Of a stretch of DNA of 64,000 bases, positions 44,627 through 58,988 are shown one piece after another. The stretch lies in assembly GCF_009914755.1 (NCBI RefSeq), contig NC_060926.1; one strand, written 5' to 3'. The notes beneath the pieces are model-generated. The model was not told where the DNA came from. It made no database searches and saw only the letters and a program-made list of their open reading frames with translations. The DNA is from the human T2T-CHM13v2.0 reference genome, Homo sapiens. The stretch's first letter is position 1. Every line of letters starts with the position of its first letter. The position numbers and the translations under genes were made by a program.

Positions 44627-45759
44627 CATTCAAGGTTAATATTGATATGTGAGGCTTTGTTCCTGTCATATTGCTGATTGTTTTCAAGTTATTTTATAAA
44701 TTGTTTCCCTCTTTTTCTGTTTTTTTTGTCTTTGTAGTTTGATGAAATTCTGTTATGCCATTTTATTTTTTTCTCTTCTTCCTTGTGTGATTATTTTATA
44801 TGAACTGTGAGTTTTATATTTCAATGTGTTGTTGTGATGGTGAGCAATGACCTTTTGTTTCCATGTTTAAGACCCCTTTGAGCATTTCCTGTAGGTCCAA
44901 TCTAGTGGTGATAATTTTTCTAAATGTTTCCTTGTCTGGGAAGAACTTTATCTCTCCTTCACTTATGAAGCTTATTCTGGCAGGACACAAAATTCTTGGC
45001 TGACAGTTTTTTTTTTCCTTTCAGCACTTTGAAAATGCCATCTCTTTCTCTTCTGGCCTGTAAGGTTTCTGCTGAAAAGTCTGCTATTAGTCTGATGGGG
45101 TTTCCTTTATAGATGAGTAGATGCTTTACTCTTGCTAATTTAAAAATTCTTTCTTTTACTTTGACTTTAGACATTCTGAACATAATATATAATGGTGAAT
45201 TCCTTTTTGTAATGTGTTTGCCTGGGGAATCACTGGACTTCTGAACTGGTTGTCTAACAGTCTTGACAGACTTGGGAGGTTGTTATTGATGATTTTTTAA
45301 AATATGTTTTCTAAACCTTTTGATCTCTCTTCCCTTTCAGGATACTGATAATTCATAAGTTCAGTTGCTTTATTTAGTCCATGTTCAGTCCCTTTACTTA
45401 GTCCTAGACATCTCAAAGGCTTTGTTCATTCTTTTTATTCTTTTTTCCTTATTTTTGTCTGACTGGATTATTTCAAAAGACATGTGTTCAAGTTCTGAAA
45501 TTCTTATCTCTGCTTGGTCTAGTATATGATTTAAGCTTTAAAGTGTATGTTGTATTTCCTTCAATGAATTTTTGAGTTCCAGAATTTCTGCTTATTTTTT
45601 TAAAATGCTATTTATCTCCTTGGTAAATTTCTCATTCATATCCTGAATTGATTTCTGATTTCTTTGTATTGGTTTTCAGATTTCTCTTGCATTTTACTAT
45701 CTTTAAAAATCAATATTTTAAATTATTTACCCGGCATTTCAAGAAATTCTTTTTCATTG

Positions 45760-46830
45760 GTATCTCTATTAAACTGTTCTCACACTGCTATTCCTGACAC
45801 TGGGTAATTTATGAAGAAAAGAGGTTTAATTGACTCACAGTTCCACATGGCTGAGGAGATCTCAAAAAACTTACAATCACGGTGGAAAGAACAGAGGAAG
45901 CAAGCAGATCTTCATATGACCAAAGCAGGAGGAAGAAAGAGTGAAGGGGGAAGCGCTACACACTTTTATCAGATTTTGTGAGAACTTACTCACTATTATG
46001 AGAACAGCAAGGGGGAAATCTCCTCCCATGATCTAGTCACCTTCCACCAGTTCCCTTCTTCAACATGTGGGGATTACAGTTTGACACGAGATTTGGGTGG
46101 GGACACAGAGCCAAACCATATCATTCCGCCCCTGACCCCTCCAAAAACTCATGTCCTTCTTACATTTCAAAACACAGTCATGCCTTCTCAACAGTCCCCT
46201 AAGTCTTAACTCATTTAAGCATTAACTCAAAAGTCTAAGTCCAAAGTCTCATATGAGACAAGGCAAGTCCCTTACAACTATGAGCCTGTAAAATCAAAAA
46301 TAAGTTTGTTACTTCCCAGATAAAATGGGGGTACAAGCATTGGGTAAATCCTTCTGTTCTAAAAGGGAGAAATTGGCCAAAACAAAGGTGCTCCAGGCCA
46401 CATGCAGGTCCAAAACCCAGCATGGCAGTCGTTAAATCTTAAAGCTCCAAAATAATCTTTTTTGACACCTTGTCTCACATCCAGGCCACACTGATGCTGA
46501 GATTGAGTAATTTATGAAGAAAAAAGGTTTAATTGGTTCACAGTTCCACATGGCTGAGGAGGTCTCAGGAAACTTACAATCATGGCAGAAGGTGAAGGGG
46601 AAGCAAGGCATGTCTTCACATGGCCAAACCAGGAGGAAGAGAGAGCGAAAGGGGAAGACTACAAAGTTTTAAACAACCAGATCTCGTGAGAACTCACTCA
46701 CTATCACAAGAATAGCAAGGGGGAAATCCACCCACCCATGATCCAATTACCTCCCACCAGGTTCTTCCTTCAACATGTGGGGATTACAATTTGGCATGAG
46801 ATTTGGGTGGGGACACAAAGCCACACCATT
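45760..46830 (-). mobile_element. Internally deleted MST/THE1-type MaLR element (LTR, internal part, partial LTR) nested in L1
   Basis: Two direct copies of gtaatttatgaagaaaa...gagatttgggtggggacaca (45804-46110 and 46507-46820) around MaLR internal sequence. Confidence 0.8.
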
Positions 46831-48438
46831 ATTGGTTGCTGGACACTTGTTGTGGTCCTTTGGTGGTGTCATATTTCCATGCTTTTTCATGTTTCCTATG
46901 TTCTTCCATTGATATCTGTATATCTGATGTATCAGTTGCTTGTTCCAATTTTTGAATTTGCTTTTGTAGGGGAGATTTTTAAAAAATACTTTGGCTTTGA
47001 TTTTGGGTTCATGCAGTAGTGTGATCTTTGTATGATACTACTCTGAGTCTGTTCATGACTCAGTCTCAACAGTAGACCACAACAGCATGGCAGGGATCCT
47101 CCCGGGGGTGATGGGATTATCTAGTCTCCCCTCTCTCTCCTTGAAGCAGTGCAGAGGCAGTGCATGTTTGTATATTCCTGGTATCTAGGCCCTCAAAATG
47201 ATGCCTGACAGAGGCTGCTCCAGGATTGGATGCCTGTGTGATTCTGTGTGGGTTTCCCTTTTGGAGTAACATCTCCGTGGAATCTTTAGGCAGCTCTTCA
47301 TGTCAGGGAAAAGGCCCTAGTGGGTCAAGGATTTACCCCATAGCCAAGATTGTGAAAGCCCATTTTGGAGCCCTGGATGTTTCTCTCTTACTGTTTGCCC
47401 ATATCCAAAAGCCTCTTGTGGCTCTCAGGCAGTCCCCAACTGGGTAAGCTGCCTTAGATCCTCTCCTTTCTTATTTCTGGTGCTTCCCATCCCTTGTTTG
47501 ATGAATCCTAATGTTCTAGCCCAGATAATCTGTTCCAAATGTAAGTATCTACCTACTATTCTGATTCCTCTTCATGGAGAAGGCACATACTACCTGCATC
47601 TAGTCAGCTGTCTTTCAGTACTGTTTCCATGATCAAATTTTGATAACTAATCTTGCAATGACAAGATTTTACTAGAACCTGGCTCTACAGTTACACTGGC
47701 TGGATTTGAATCCCAACTCCACCACTTGCTAGCCTAAGCTCTCTGTGCCTTGGTTTGCTCCTTTGTAAAATAGAAATAACAAGAATACCTACCTTAGACG
47801 GTTGTTAGTAAACTTAAATGAACTATTGTACATAAAATGCTTAGATATTGCCTGATACATGTTCATAGTTATTATGATGATTACAGCAATCAAGTCAGAT
47901 AGAGAACATAAGAAATTCTAGGAAGTGAAAAATTGGAATAAGCTTAGTTTTCAATCATGCCTTATTTTACTTCTGTCTTTCTTTTTCTGCTTCCTATCCA
48001 CATTACTATTTCAATAGTGCAATCCGTGGAGAATTATACATCAAACACTAACACCTGCTATATAAGTCAAACTTTGTACCTCTGCTGTTCAGCAAGATCA
48101 AAATTTCCCTAAAAGCCTTTTGTATTATTCAGTGAATCCACTTTGCATTTTGATTAGGTTTGATATACATTACTAGAAAAATTGCCCACTTCTAACACAA
48201 AATTTTCAGTGACAGTACCATTTTCTTTTTTATAGGTACAATGACTGTCTGAGTGCCCTGCGAGCCCAAATGAGAGTTCTCAGCTTTGCCTTCTTACCCT
48301 CTGTGTGATGGAGGCTTAGGAAATTTTTCATTCTTTAGAGATGAGAAAAATGAACTAACAGAAAAGAGCTAAATACATGAAAACAAAGAGCGGACTTATC
48401 AAAATAATAAAATAAAAGGTATGAGAAGAAGAAAGCTA

Positions 48439-48651
<213 letters not shown>

Positions 48652-49999
48652 CTAAATGTACTCAAGACATTTTGCAGCAGATCCTTTGGCATTCACAGAT
48701 TTAAGAGTCATAGTTTGATTAGTTATGAGTGACCTCAAATGTCTATGGGATATGGTTGTTTGTTATTTTTTGAGGAATCGTTTTGAACAAAACTATTGCT
48801 GTGGCTTGAATAAAAACTGAACTGAGGGAATACGCATTTGAAGGTGAGCTTATAGTTCTTATTTCATGATTACATGTGTATTAACTCTCAGAGAGTAATA
48901 AATATGTTGGATCTTGGAGAAAAATAACTCCCATTAAAAAAAGAAAACCTTTGCTACGGTTGTATTTATACCGGTGAGGACTGGTGAAATTTTCAATTTT
49001 TTAAAATAAATGTCAAGGTTCTATAATATAGTAACTGGCTAAAGCTGTAAGGTAGGCCAGTATATATGAAATAAGACAAAATAATTTTTAAAATACATTA
49101 AGTGGTGTCAACAGTTATCATTGAGATGTTTTCAGTAAGGTTTTCCTTAATCAGTACCCAGAGGTAAGTAGTACTGCATTTGGATTTCTAAATTGCACAT
49201 TTTCATCACACAGAGTGGACATTAATCAGCATTTCTCTTTAGTTGCCATTAAGTCAGAGCTAGCAGTTTTTTATCTTCTCAAAGGCAAATATTATACATG
49301 GACCTCCGTTGTCTTTTTTGGCCATCGTTTTTCCTTGCTATGGATACTACTCAAGTTTGGTCTTAAGCGTAATTAATTCATTAATTTGTTAAATTTATTA
49401 CCCACTTTGAGAAAGGATTTTAGGTAGCTTATATAGATTTGTATTGATTTTTAAAAGCTTTTCTATTGACATTTACCAAAAATATATACAGCAAATCGAC
49501 TATAAAGCTTAATTAGTGCTCTCTTTCATTAACACAGTAATTTATCTTTTAGGGAGCAGGATGGCAGGGATAGACAACAGCAAGGATCTTCAAAAATTTT
49601 CCCTTTGCTTACAAAGTCAAAGACCACATTCATTTTAAATGAAAGTCTGTGTCATGTCCATTTCATTACAGTTGCAAGTCAAATAAAATGAGGGAAGGCA
49701 ACTTGGACTGGTGATGAATTTGGTACTACCTCCACTTCAAGTTCTCTCTTGGCCTGCTCTCACCATTTGTACTTTGTCATTACTGCTCACTCATGCAGCA
49801 GGTCCTTCTGTTCAATTATTTCACCTGTGACAGCTTACTAGCTCTAGGCAACCTATGCCAGAAAGGAATAAGGGTACCTGGGAAAGCATGAGTGTAATAG
49901 GCATAGAAAAAATGGAGCTCTTGGAAAAGCCCAACGTGGCCACCCGTAAAGTGTATTACTAAGTGCTCTAGCTCTCTGGACCTCAGTTATTTCATCCTT

Positions 50000-50570
50000 A
50001 AAACGAGAGACTTGGACTAAGTAATTCTGGGGAAACAATCTCTCTGAGTCTCCCATGTTTATGCACATCTTGTGAACAGAGGCATTGATTACCTTCATTC
50101 GGGTTATTTTTTCAAGGGTATTTGTATAGCAAACAGTTTTGGAGGACAAAGAAGATGTCTTCATCCCAAGTGAAGTGCAAACCTTACTGCCCCCATCTGC
50201 CCATTATGAAAGAGTCAGGCTCCTCAAGCCCAGGTTTCCTCTCGTTTAAAACACCCACTTCATTTGTTGGTATCATCTGGCCCTCTTTGCATTGCCTTGT
50301 GGGAACTGGGGGTTGGGTTGGGGAGCCAGTGCAAATGCTGAACACTGGCTACTGCTATTGCTATGAATAATAAAGTCCTTTGTCTCTGGTTCAGGGTACT
50401 CGTGTGACAGAGCAAGACTGCATCTCCAAAAAAAAAAAAAAAAAAAAAAAAACCCGAATATGAACACTGTGATTCAGGATGCTCATGTATTCTGCCAGCA
50501 TCATGAAATTGTGTGAGACTAACTGAATGCTTGCAATAGAGCAAAATATTTCACCCCTTCTCTGTTCTAG
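50000..50570 (+). mobile_element. Old ERV1-type LTR remnant containing a short Alu tail stub
   Basis: aataaagtcctttgtctctg ... ctgccagcatcatgaaa LTR-like end; gacagagcaagactgcatctc plus poly(A) at 50402-50452. Confidence 0.5.
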
Positions 50571-52307
50571 AGAGTGGTTGGTATCCAGATCTGGATGCTC
50601 TCAGATTCATGTGGGTTGATGATTAAAAAACCAGATTCCTGTATCCTGTCACAAGAATTCCAATTTAGTAGGCCTAACTGTGAATCTCTGTCTTAAAAAA
50701 TACTCATCAGGTAATTCTGGTAACCAAAGTTCAGTATGTGAGAACTCCAAGGCTCCTCTCACCACTAAATGGCTAGGATTCTATAATGTATGTTTTAGAT
50801 GTGTCAGCTGTGCTGTACGTACCATCAAAGGGTAGGCTTTGGAACTTGTGAAGACTATTAGCACTCACTAAATTCTGCCAGCTTCCTTGTGACATTAAAT
50901 ACCAGCATTTTCTGGAACGATTGCCCCACAGGATGGTCCACCCACAGCCTGACATGATAGAAATTTTCCCAACCTTCTGATACCTGAAGTTATCCTTAAC
51001 TCTAAACAACAACACTTAGGACATTTCAAAGCGATACAAAGTAATTCTTGTCTAGTGGTTTTCATTCCAAGAGACACTAACAAGAAATACGAATTAATTA
51101 AAATAATTTTCTTTGGTTCCTCTATACTAAAAGTTTGACTTTAAAGTTTGACCCCCCCGAAAAAATGCAACTGTCCAGCTTGAATGATGCAAAAACTAGA
51201 AAATCTGTCCCTAAATATTGGACTTTTTATTGCATTTTATTTGATATCTCCACTAAAAGAACAGGAGAGGAATAAAAGAAAACAATACAAAAAATAATTA
51301 AAGTCATTCTGTAAAGAAATATTTTTCTCTCTGATTTTGCAAAATTAAACATAAAGAGAAGATTATAAATTAACAACAAATCTCACAGACAGGTAAAATT
51401 ATAAAATTTATATGTGTTTCCTTGTACTTCTATTGTAGCACTGGCAGGTTGCACAGCACTTTTAAAAAAAATCATATGTAAAGAAATGCCTGTCAGCAGC
51501 TCCATAGTAGGGAGAGTAACAATAGCTCTTGTTCATTTTTGCATCCCCAGTGTGATACCTGGCACTTCACAGTGTACAATCGATGTTTATGGGATAAAAG
51601 AATGAATGAAACTTTTATGTCCATGCTGCATACATGCAACAAGAGATTTATTTAAAATTGCTCATCTACTATGATGCATTCATAGTTCAATGCTAGACAC
51701 TGGGCTTTTCTGTTTCCTTTCTTACATCTTCTGTGTAGGCCAGAGGAAAAATAACCTCCGACTTAAATCTTAGGTCTTGCTTTCTATACTTTGTTACACT
51801 AATTTCTGCCTTCCATTCAGTAGAGGTTCCCTGCCCTAATAATAACTTTAAGATTTGATGATAAAAAGTGGTAACTATGACAAAGGAGCAGAGATTTTTC
51901 AAATGAACTAATACTGATAGCCATTTTTATGGGTCCCATCTCTGTCTTATCTTAACCAATGCCTAAATCCTATCACATAAGTTATCTGTGATGCAGTTAT
52001 GGGTGTCTAATATTTGATCCTGACTTGATCTCATACATGTTCTGCCTTGTGTTTTAGTTTCACCAAAAGAGATTGCCTAAATATTAGAGACTAAAACCTT
52101 TAGCCTGTGGGTTTCCCTAATCCTAAACTTAATGTTGTCAACATTGTAACTAACATCTGACCCCGTTTACAGGAGCTAAGAGTACTGCTTGGAGAGCAAG
52201 GATAAATGGGTATAGTCTCATCTCTGTCACCAACTAACCATGAGACCTTGGGTGAAAGCACAGACTTCTCAGGAAATGGTTCTACGTTTTAGAGTCAATA
52301 CTCCACA

Positions 52308-52326
52308 AGACCACAAGGTGGCGATA
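52308..52326 (+). promoter_or_regulatory. Candidate CTCF site
   Basis: GACCACAAGGTGGCGAT with a retained CpG. Confidence 0.45.
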
Positions 52327-54632
52327 ACTCCTTTGTGTGAATCGACCTTTAGCACCGTAAGAGAGTATTTCCCAATCTACAGAAAGTAAGGTTAGGCCTT
52401 TTCCATCAACATGAGAAAAAGAAAGGATTTCACCAATGCTTGGGCTTGTGGAATTTAGTTAAGTATTAAAATACTTTAAAATACCAAAACAGAGCAACAT
52501 TTTACCATATAATGTTACTTGAGATTAGAAATTTCATAAGTCAAATTTTATTAACCCTTTTCCATTATTTTCTTTTCAAAAATCATTAATTTTTTAAACC
52601 TAAAGGACTAACAAAATTATCGTACAAACCAGTGGTATTATTATGAGACCTTTTCCCCTTGGAGCTTTAGTATAATCACATTGGCTCTCCTATCATTTTT
52701 TCTCTCTTCTTCCTTTCTATCTCCCTTAACTAGAGAGAACGTAAAGTCACATCTTTTAAAACGTATGCTGGCCTACATATAACTGAGTTTAATTGTTCTA
52801 TTCTAAATGTATAATGCTGACTAGTAGAACATAATATGAAACATTTTAATCTCTGTAAAACTAGACCGTATATTAGATTTAGATTTCCTTTTAGTTAAAT
52901 GGTTCCCTCCTGAATTGTTCCTGCATCAAGAGAACTCTATGGGAATCTGATCTCCAGATGTCCAGGGAATCTGATGGTCCCCTACACCTACGCTAGGTCC
53001 TCTACCAGCTTGAACAACAACAATGAAAAAGTCAGATTTTCCTTCCCTCCCTCCCTTCTTTCCATCCTTTCTTACTTTTACTTTTATTGTCAAATATCTA
53101 CCCAGAAACTAGAAAAAATTAAAATGCAAAAATTAAATATGATTGGTATTGTTATGGTTCAATAGAAATGTCAATGTAGTGTTTGGTTCTTTCTCCCCTG
53201 AAGCTCTATTAAACTCCTGCTCTTATATAATACATCTTATAGTTATCTGGGACAGCACCATGGACTCAATGAAATAGCTATTTCTAGAACTAGAAGAGAG
53301 GTTGAGTCTTTAGTGGCAGGATGCAGTAAGAAACTATGCTTGCTAAATGTGTTTTCTCTCACTGTGATTCATCCTGCTGCTCCTGAGAAAAAGTCTTCCA
53401 TGGAATTTATTTAAAGCCTGTGTTAGAAATTGAGACCTCTGTTTATTCAGTATTAATACATTAAAAACAAAAGAGAACCCAATCACTCCCTTGTCATTTT
53501 CATACGGTCATAAAGAGTACTCTACTTTATTCCAAATTTGTCCATTATGAATCAATGTTTGTAATTACTGCCTAGTGGATTCACGTGTTGGAATTTTATT
53601 TAAGACAATTTGAAATTATATCATGCATAATGGATGTGCTTGTAATTTAAAAATTCTCTGACTTATTTGCTTTGATAAATCTTGCAGTTGGGGTTTTATT
53701 TTATTGTAGAAATTCATGTTTTCATTCTAATTTTTAAAATCTCCTGATGCCTTACTAAGTGCAAGGCACTGGGTTAGGTAACCAAGTTGATTCAAACACA
53801 AATAAGATGTATCACTAACTTTCAGAGGCTTATAATTTAGAAAGGGGATAAGTCAACATGACTTTGATTAAGGCTCAATAAGAAAATTGCCATGAAAATT
53901 TTCTAACGAAGGGTGGTAGGGGAATGAACGTAAAAGTATCAGGGCTGACATGTAACGTGCAGTAATGAGGAAAGGCTTGGAGGAGAATGGGTGGTCTGTT
54001 TATGTGAAAATTAGACAATGTCTACAACAGCAGGACACCTGCATCCTTAGGAAGAAATTGTGTATTGCTATACATGTTGTTTGCTTTCCTAGCTCTTTAA
54101 TTTTATGCTACCTTGAATTATGTTAAAATTGATAGTATTATTTTAAATGTATCTTAAAACCATTATAAAAATTGTATGAAATCAACAAATGTCTGTGAAA
54201 CCTAATTGGCCTCCATTAATTCAAATATTTTGATAACTTGTAATAAGGGCTAGCCTATTCAAACACTTTTGTTGATCAAGGTATTTTTGCCAAAATTATT
54301 GTAATTTAAGAAAGAAATTTTAAAATTTGAGAAAAAAGCTTTCAGGTATTCTTAACAACTTTTATAAAAGGATTTCTACATATGAGCAAATAATCTGCTA
54401 AATATCTAGAATTCACACATTCTGTGTTTGTTAGAATAGTTTGTCTAAGACAATTAACCCTCCGAAGTCCAGTTTTCATTACCTTGTATTCTTAAAAATA
54501 ATCAATTAACTAATCTGCATTAAAAATATTGTGTAAAACTTAGAGTTTTCATTAGGTCTTAATGCTCTGTCTTTTAGTCTGACTTGAAACACTGCTAGAT
54601 ATATACCTAGAAAACTCATATTCTCAGGCTTA

Positions 54633-54887
<255 letters not shown>

Positions 54888-57800
54888 TCAAATAAATAGA
54901 AATGTTTGGTAGGTCACATGGTAACCAGGAAAGGGAGCTTGCAGGTTAGGTTTGACAGAGCTAATCTTAGGGCAGAGCTAATCAGGTTGATTGCTCTGGG
55001 CCCTAAACTCTTGCAAGTGTTGGACCCAGATTCAGAGTGTAGTCAGGGAGGGAGAAAGAGAAAGGGAGCAAAGCTGTCCTACCAGTTCATCAAAAAACCA
55101 CCTAAGGCTCAAATACTTTCCAAACCCACATGGTTCTGCTAATTGCTGCCTTGGCAACAGTCTATTTCCTTTACTTTCCTTCTGGCTTAGATTGTGGTCT
55201 TGATATCTTTCTCTCATACCTGATGTGTTCACTTTAGCATGGTTACAAATGATATGAGGAAATAGGGCCTCTGATGAGATTTTCTCCAGGCTATATACTA
55301 CCCTGCATTCAGACATGCATGAATGAGTATCTTGTTGAAATATAATTTAGCTCAATGTGTTCATTCATTTATTCATTAATTCAACAGAAGCTTATTGGGC
55401 ATCTACAACTTACAAACCAATGCCAGGTGATGTTGGGGACACAAAGACTAGCCAATAACAGATTTCTCCTTCAAAAAATTTAAACCTTATAGAAGAGGCC
55501 TGTACCACACCCTAAGGTAAAGAAGAATGTGGTAAGTGCTATTAGGCAGGTTTGAATAAAGAGTATGGAAAGTCAAAGGAAAAAGAAATGTATGGCAGGT
55601 GTTACCAAGGCAAGATTCATGGATGAGATGAATAAGGTAGGATATGGGGATTTGTAGACTATAGAAAAGAGCATTTCTGACTGAGAGAATGTATAAACAT
55701 AAGCATGGAGACAGGGGAGGACAGGGTTGCTTGCTGAATATACTGAGTACATGACAAGCATGGGAAGTGATTGGTTCAGACTCCACCCTCCTCTTCCCTC
55801 CCCCAGACTCCTGGGAAGGAGGCCCCCATTCTCCTCTAGGTTAATCTTAAAGTATTTAGTGCTGGGAGCTGTTGACAATTATGTTGAGACCTTCAAAAAA
55901 AGAAGCTTTCTGAAAAATGAAGCCAACAGTGAAATAGTAGAGCTGAGAAAGGAAGAGAGAGAAACTATTTTCTAGCTTGGACATATCACTGAAGCTCTAG
56001 CCTTGCCTGAAGCCAAAGCATCTTTGGAATATTTAGTTATATGAGCTGATTCTGTCTCTCTAAAGGTAAATCCAAGTTGGGTTAGGTTTTCAGTCATTTG
56101 TAAACAGTCTTAATGGTTAAGAGGCAATGCTGAAGACTGTGTTTTAGAAAGAATCACCTGAAGTAAATGGTGTAAAGAGAGAGATGTGAGTGATGAGGAG
56201 ACCTGCATCAACTGTTTTAGTGCCATCTAGATGAATCCATTCACATATCTTTCTCTACCATTTTGCATCCAAGTGAAATTTCACCAAAACAAATATCAAG
56301 GTGGTGCCTGCCTACTATATGCTCATCTAGCCTTCCAGAGAAGGCAGTAATGTATCAACTGAGTTGCTCCAATTTGTTCCCATTTTCTGTTAATGGCACT
56401 TCCATCCTCTTAGTCACCCAGGTTCAACACCATGCAGTTTCCTCAAGCCCTCCCTCTTCCTTGCTCTTGCACATTCAGACTCTTGCCAAGACTCATTATG
56501 ACCAGGCATTAAACCACTCCTCAACGCTACTCCCTGCCACCAAACTTCTGGGACACCTCCAGAGACTCCCTCCCACCTAGCCTGAAACTACACAGCAATG
56601 AAGTCATTTCTCCCAGTTAGGTAACAGAGGTCAGGATGTCTTCTCCAGAAGGTGTGCAGAATAGGCTTGTGTCAGCTGGTGAGAACAAGGTGCATGATAG
56701 GAGGAGACTTAAGGTCAAGGACCTAAAAAGCAAATGCAGAGCAATGGATGCCAAGGTAGGAGTTTGTGGAGCAGGAGAGGCCATCAACATATGACTGACT
56801 ACCTTCCAGTTCTGAGTATGGGAAGACCTATGTCCTTGGCCCCTTGGATATCTACTTTATATTTTTTAAGTCTCTCTCTTTCACCATTCTCCAGATCATT
56901 CGAGCTGTCTAGCCTAGGCTGTCATGAGGCCATGGGCAGTGCATGTGCTAGGCAGGTTTACCTCTCTCATCCACTAGAAACACCATCCCTTTTCAGAAAC
57001 TGACAACATCTGTCTCTCCCCTTCTCTGAAGCTGTGTACCACTTCTCACTGCAAATAAAAACAACTAACTTGGGGGACTAAATACTATCTTTCTCAACAT
57101 TATTATTTAGGAAATTTGTGGCTGTTATGTATTAAATTGTTCTTGAATTTAAAATATATTGCTGAAAAGGAACTTAGCCATCAGAAAAACTGAAACCAAA
57201 GAAACAAGATACATATTAACACTTCATTTAGTCATCTTTTAACGACAACAAGAAAAATCCGTCAGCATATACAATGAGATATTTTAACAGACTTTCATAC
57301 TCAAATGTACAAATCTTTCTCTGCAGGAGGTTAATAGCTACTTTCTGTGTGTAGATCGTATTTCTGGATTTCTCATCCTAATCACCAAAATGTAACATTT
57401 GTGAGAAATTATAGCCAAATTAATGTTCACATTAAAATGGTTAACTAGTTCTAATAATAAACTGCAAATAAACTACTTAACATGAGTAGAATTTTGTTTG
57501 TCTGAAGAGTTAAGAAAATATTTATTTTCTTGTTGGCCTGATCATAAGAAACATGTCCACTTTGCAACCTTTAACCTAGTGACCAAAAGAGATGCCTAGT
57601 CATTCTCTGGGTTTAAGAAGTTAGTTGATATTTTCAGGTTGTGATTCTAATGACTTGAATGATTTAAATTTAGTATCGAATCAGAAAAGCATGACTAAAC
57701 TTACTACCAGGTGCCTATAACATTGTTTTATACCTTTTACATGACAGAGTAATGTGAAGCTATTGCTTTGTTATTTGCCAAATTCAGTAAATTCAGTCAA

Positions 57801-58924
57801 ACTAGCATTTCTTAAAATTTGTTTGAATAAACTTGTTCTCAAGAAGAAAAATAGGAAAACCCAAGTCTGAAAATTCAAACTGATAAGGAAAAGATATACT
57901 AGGGCCTGAAGTATTTATCTACATCTGAAAATAAATACACTACTTTTTGTGAGCTATTCTTTGAATATTTAAATGAATAAATCTGCGTTTGAACTACTTG
58001 GAATTGTTAGCTGAATGTTTTAAGGCTCTTTAACAACTTTTCAATAAATAATTATCCATCTTGAATGAGCAAGTCTTATCTCTGCGACTTTGCACAGCCT
58101 TGCATTAAATGTCCTAGAAATGGAAATGGCAATCATAGAGATATTGCTACCATCTCATTGCCTTTTAAAAATCTTCTGACTTAAGAAAAAAAAATCTTGA
58201 ATAACAGTTATAAATATAGACAAACACTCCTGGGCAGAATTCTTCTTAATACAGACTTGTAACATCAGAGGAGCAGTTTTATTGAAACTCTTAAACCAGG
58301 ATGAAAGACTAAAGTGTGTAGTCTCACTAATAGCATACTCCAAAAATATATTTTGAAAGTAAACAGCTTTATATTGATCCAGGGAAAAATAAATAGCTCT
58401 TATTTAGGAAAATTATTTTTAAGTGCTAAAAAATTACATTTCTTACTTCATCTAGTTATGGAATGATTTGACTTCAGATGGGTTACTCTGGGAGCAGAAG
58501 TGTTTGTAATTCAGTTGCAGCTCAGTAGATTAAAGAGTGGAGCTAAAGGCATGAATTTGACCTTCACGTAAGACAGTGTTTCATACCACAGTTAGCTTGG
58601 AGCAGAGGAACACTAAACACAGATTTTCTTTTTTTAAAAGAAGTCCCCTTTCTAAGCTCAATACACAACAATTTTAACCATAAAGCATCTCCATTGTAAC
58701 CCTTATCCCCAAGAAGATGAGAAGCTAAACAAAAAAACCATGAATTGGGGAGAGAAATGTCAATATAGCAACCAAGGATCACTTGCATGTTCATATTTGA
58801 CAAGACCTGGCAGTCTACTCAGAGTTTCCTTGTTGTACCTGAGATATTCTCTGAGGATTAGGACTACAGAGGACTCCTCAGAATATTTGGAAAGCTTGTA
58901 ATCTGCCCCATGGCTTGAGCTTAC

Positions 58925-58988
58925 CTTAAACTATCCTGGTAGCTCCCTCTGCTAAAGGTCCTCGCAAGCATGTCATCTTCAGTTGCAT
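58925..58988 (-). CDS. ABCB11: ABCB11 coding exon 17 (64 bp), linker
   Basis: gagtag|AT ... AAG|gtaagc; (D)ATEDDMLARTFSRGSYQDSL(R); phases match exons 16 and 18. Confidence 0.93.

Larger units (their letters stand above)
39681..47627 (-). mobile_element. Near full-length old L1 (L1MA/PB-like) with nested LTR elements, same strand as ABCB11
   Basis: ORF1 remnant 44959-45183 (KGNPIRLIADFSAETLQARR), endonuclease remnants 43157-43765, ORF2 C-terminal remnant near 40000-40190; candidate TSD catgatca(c/a)atttt at 39667 and 47628. Confidence 0.88.

Noticed and set aside
39709-47447. Many ORFs in intron 19
   Set aside because: Fragmented L1 ORF1/ORF2 and LTR remnants broken by stops and frameshifts
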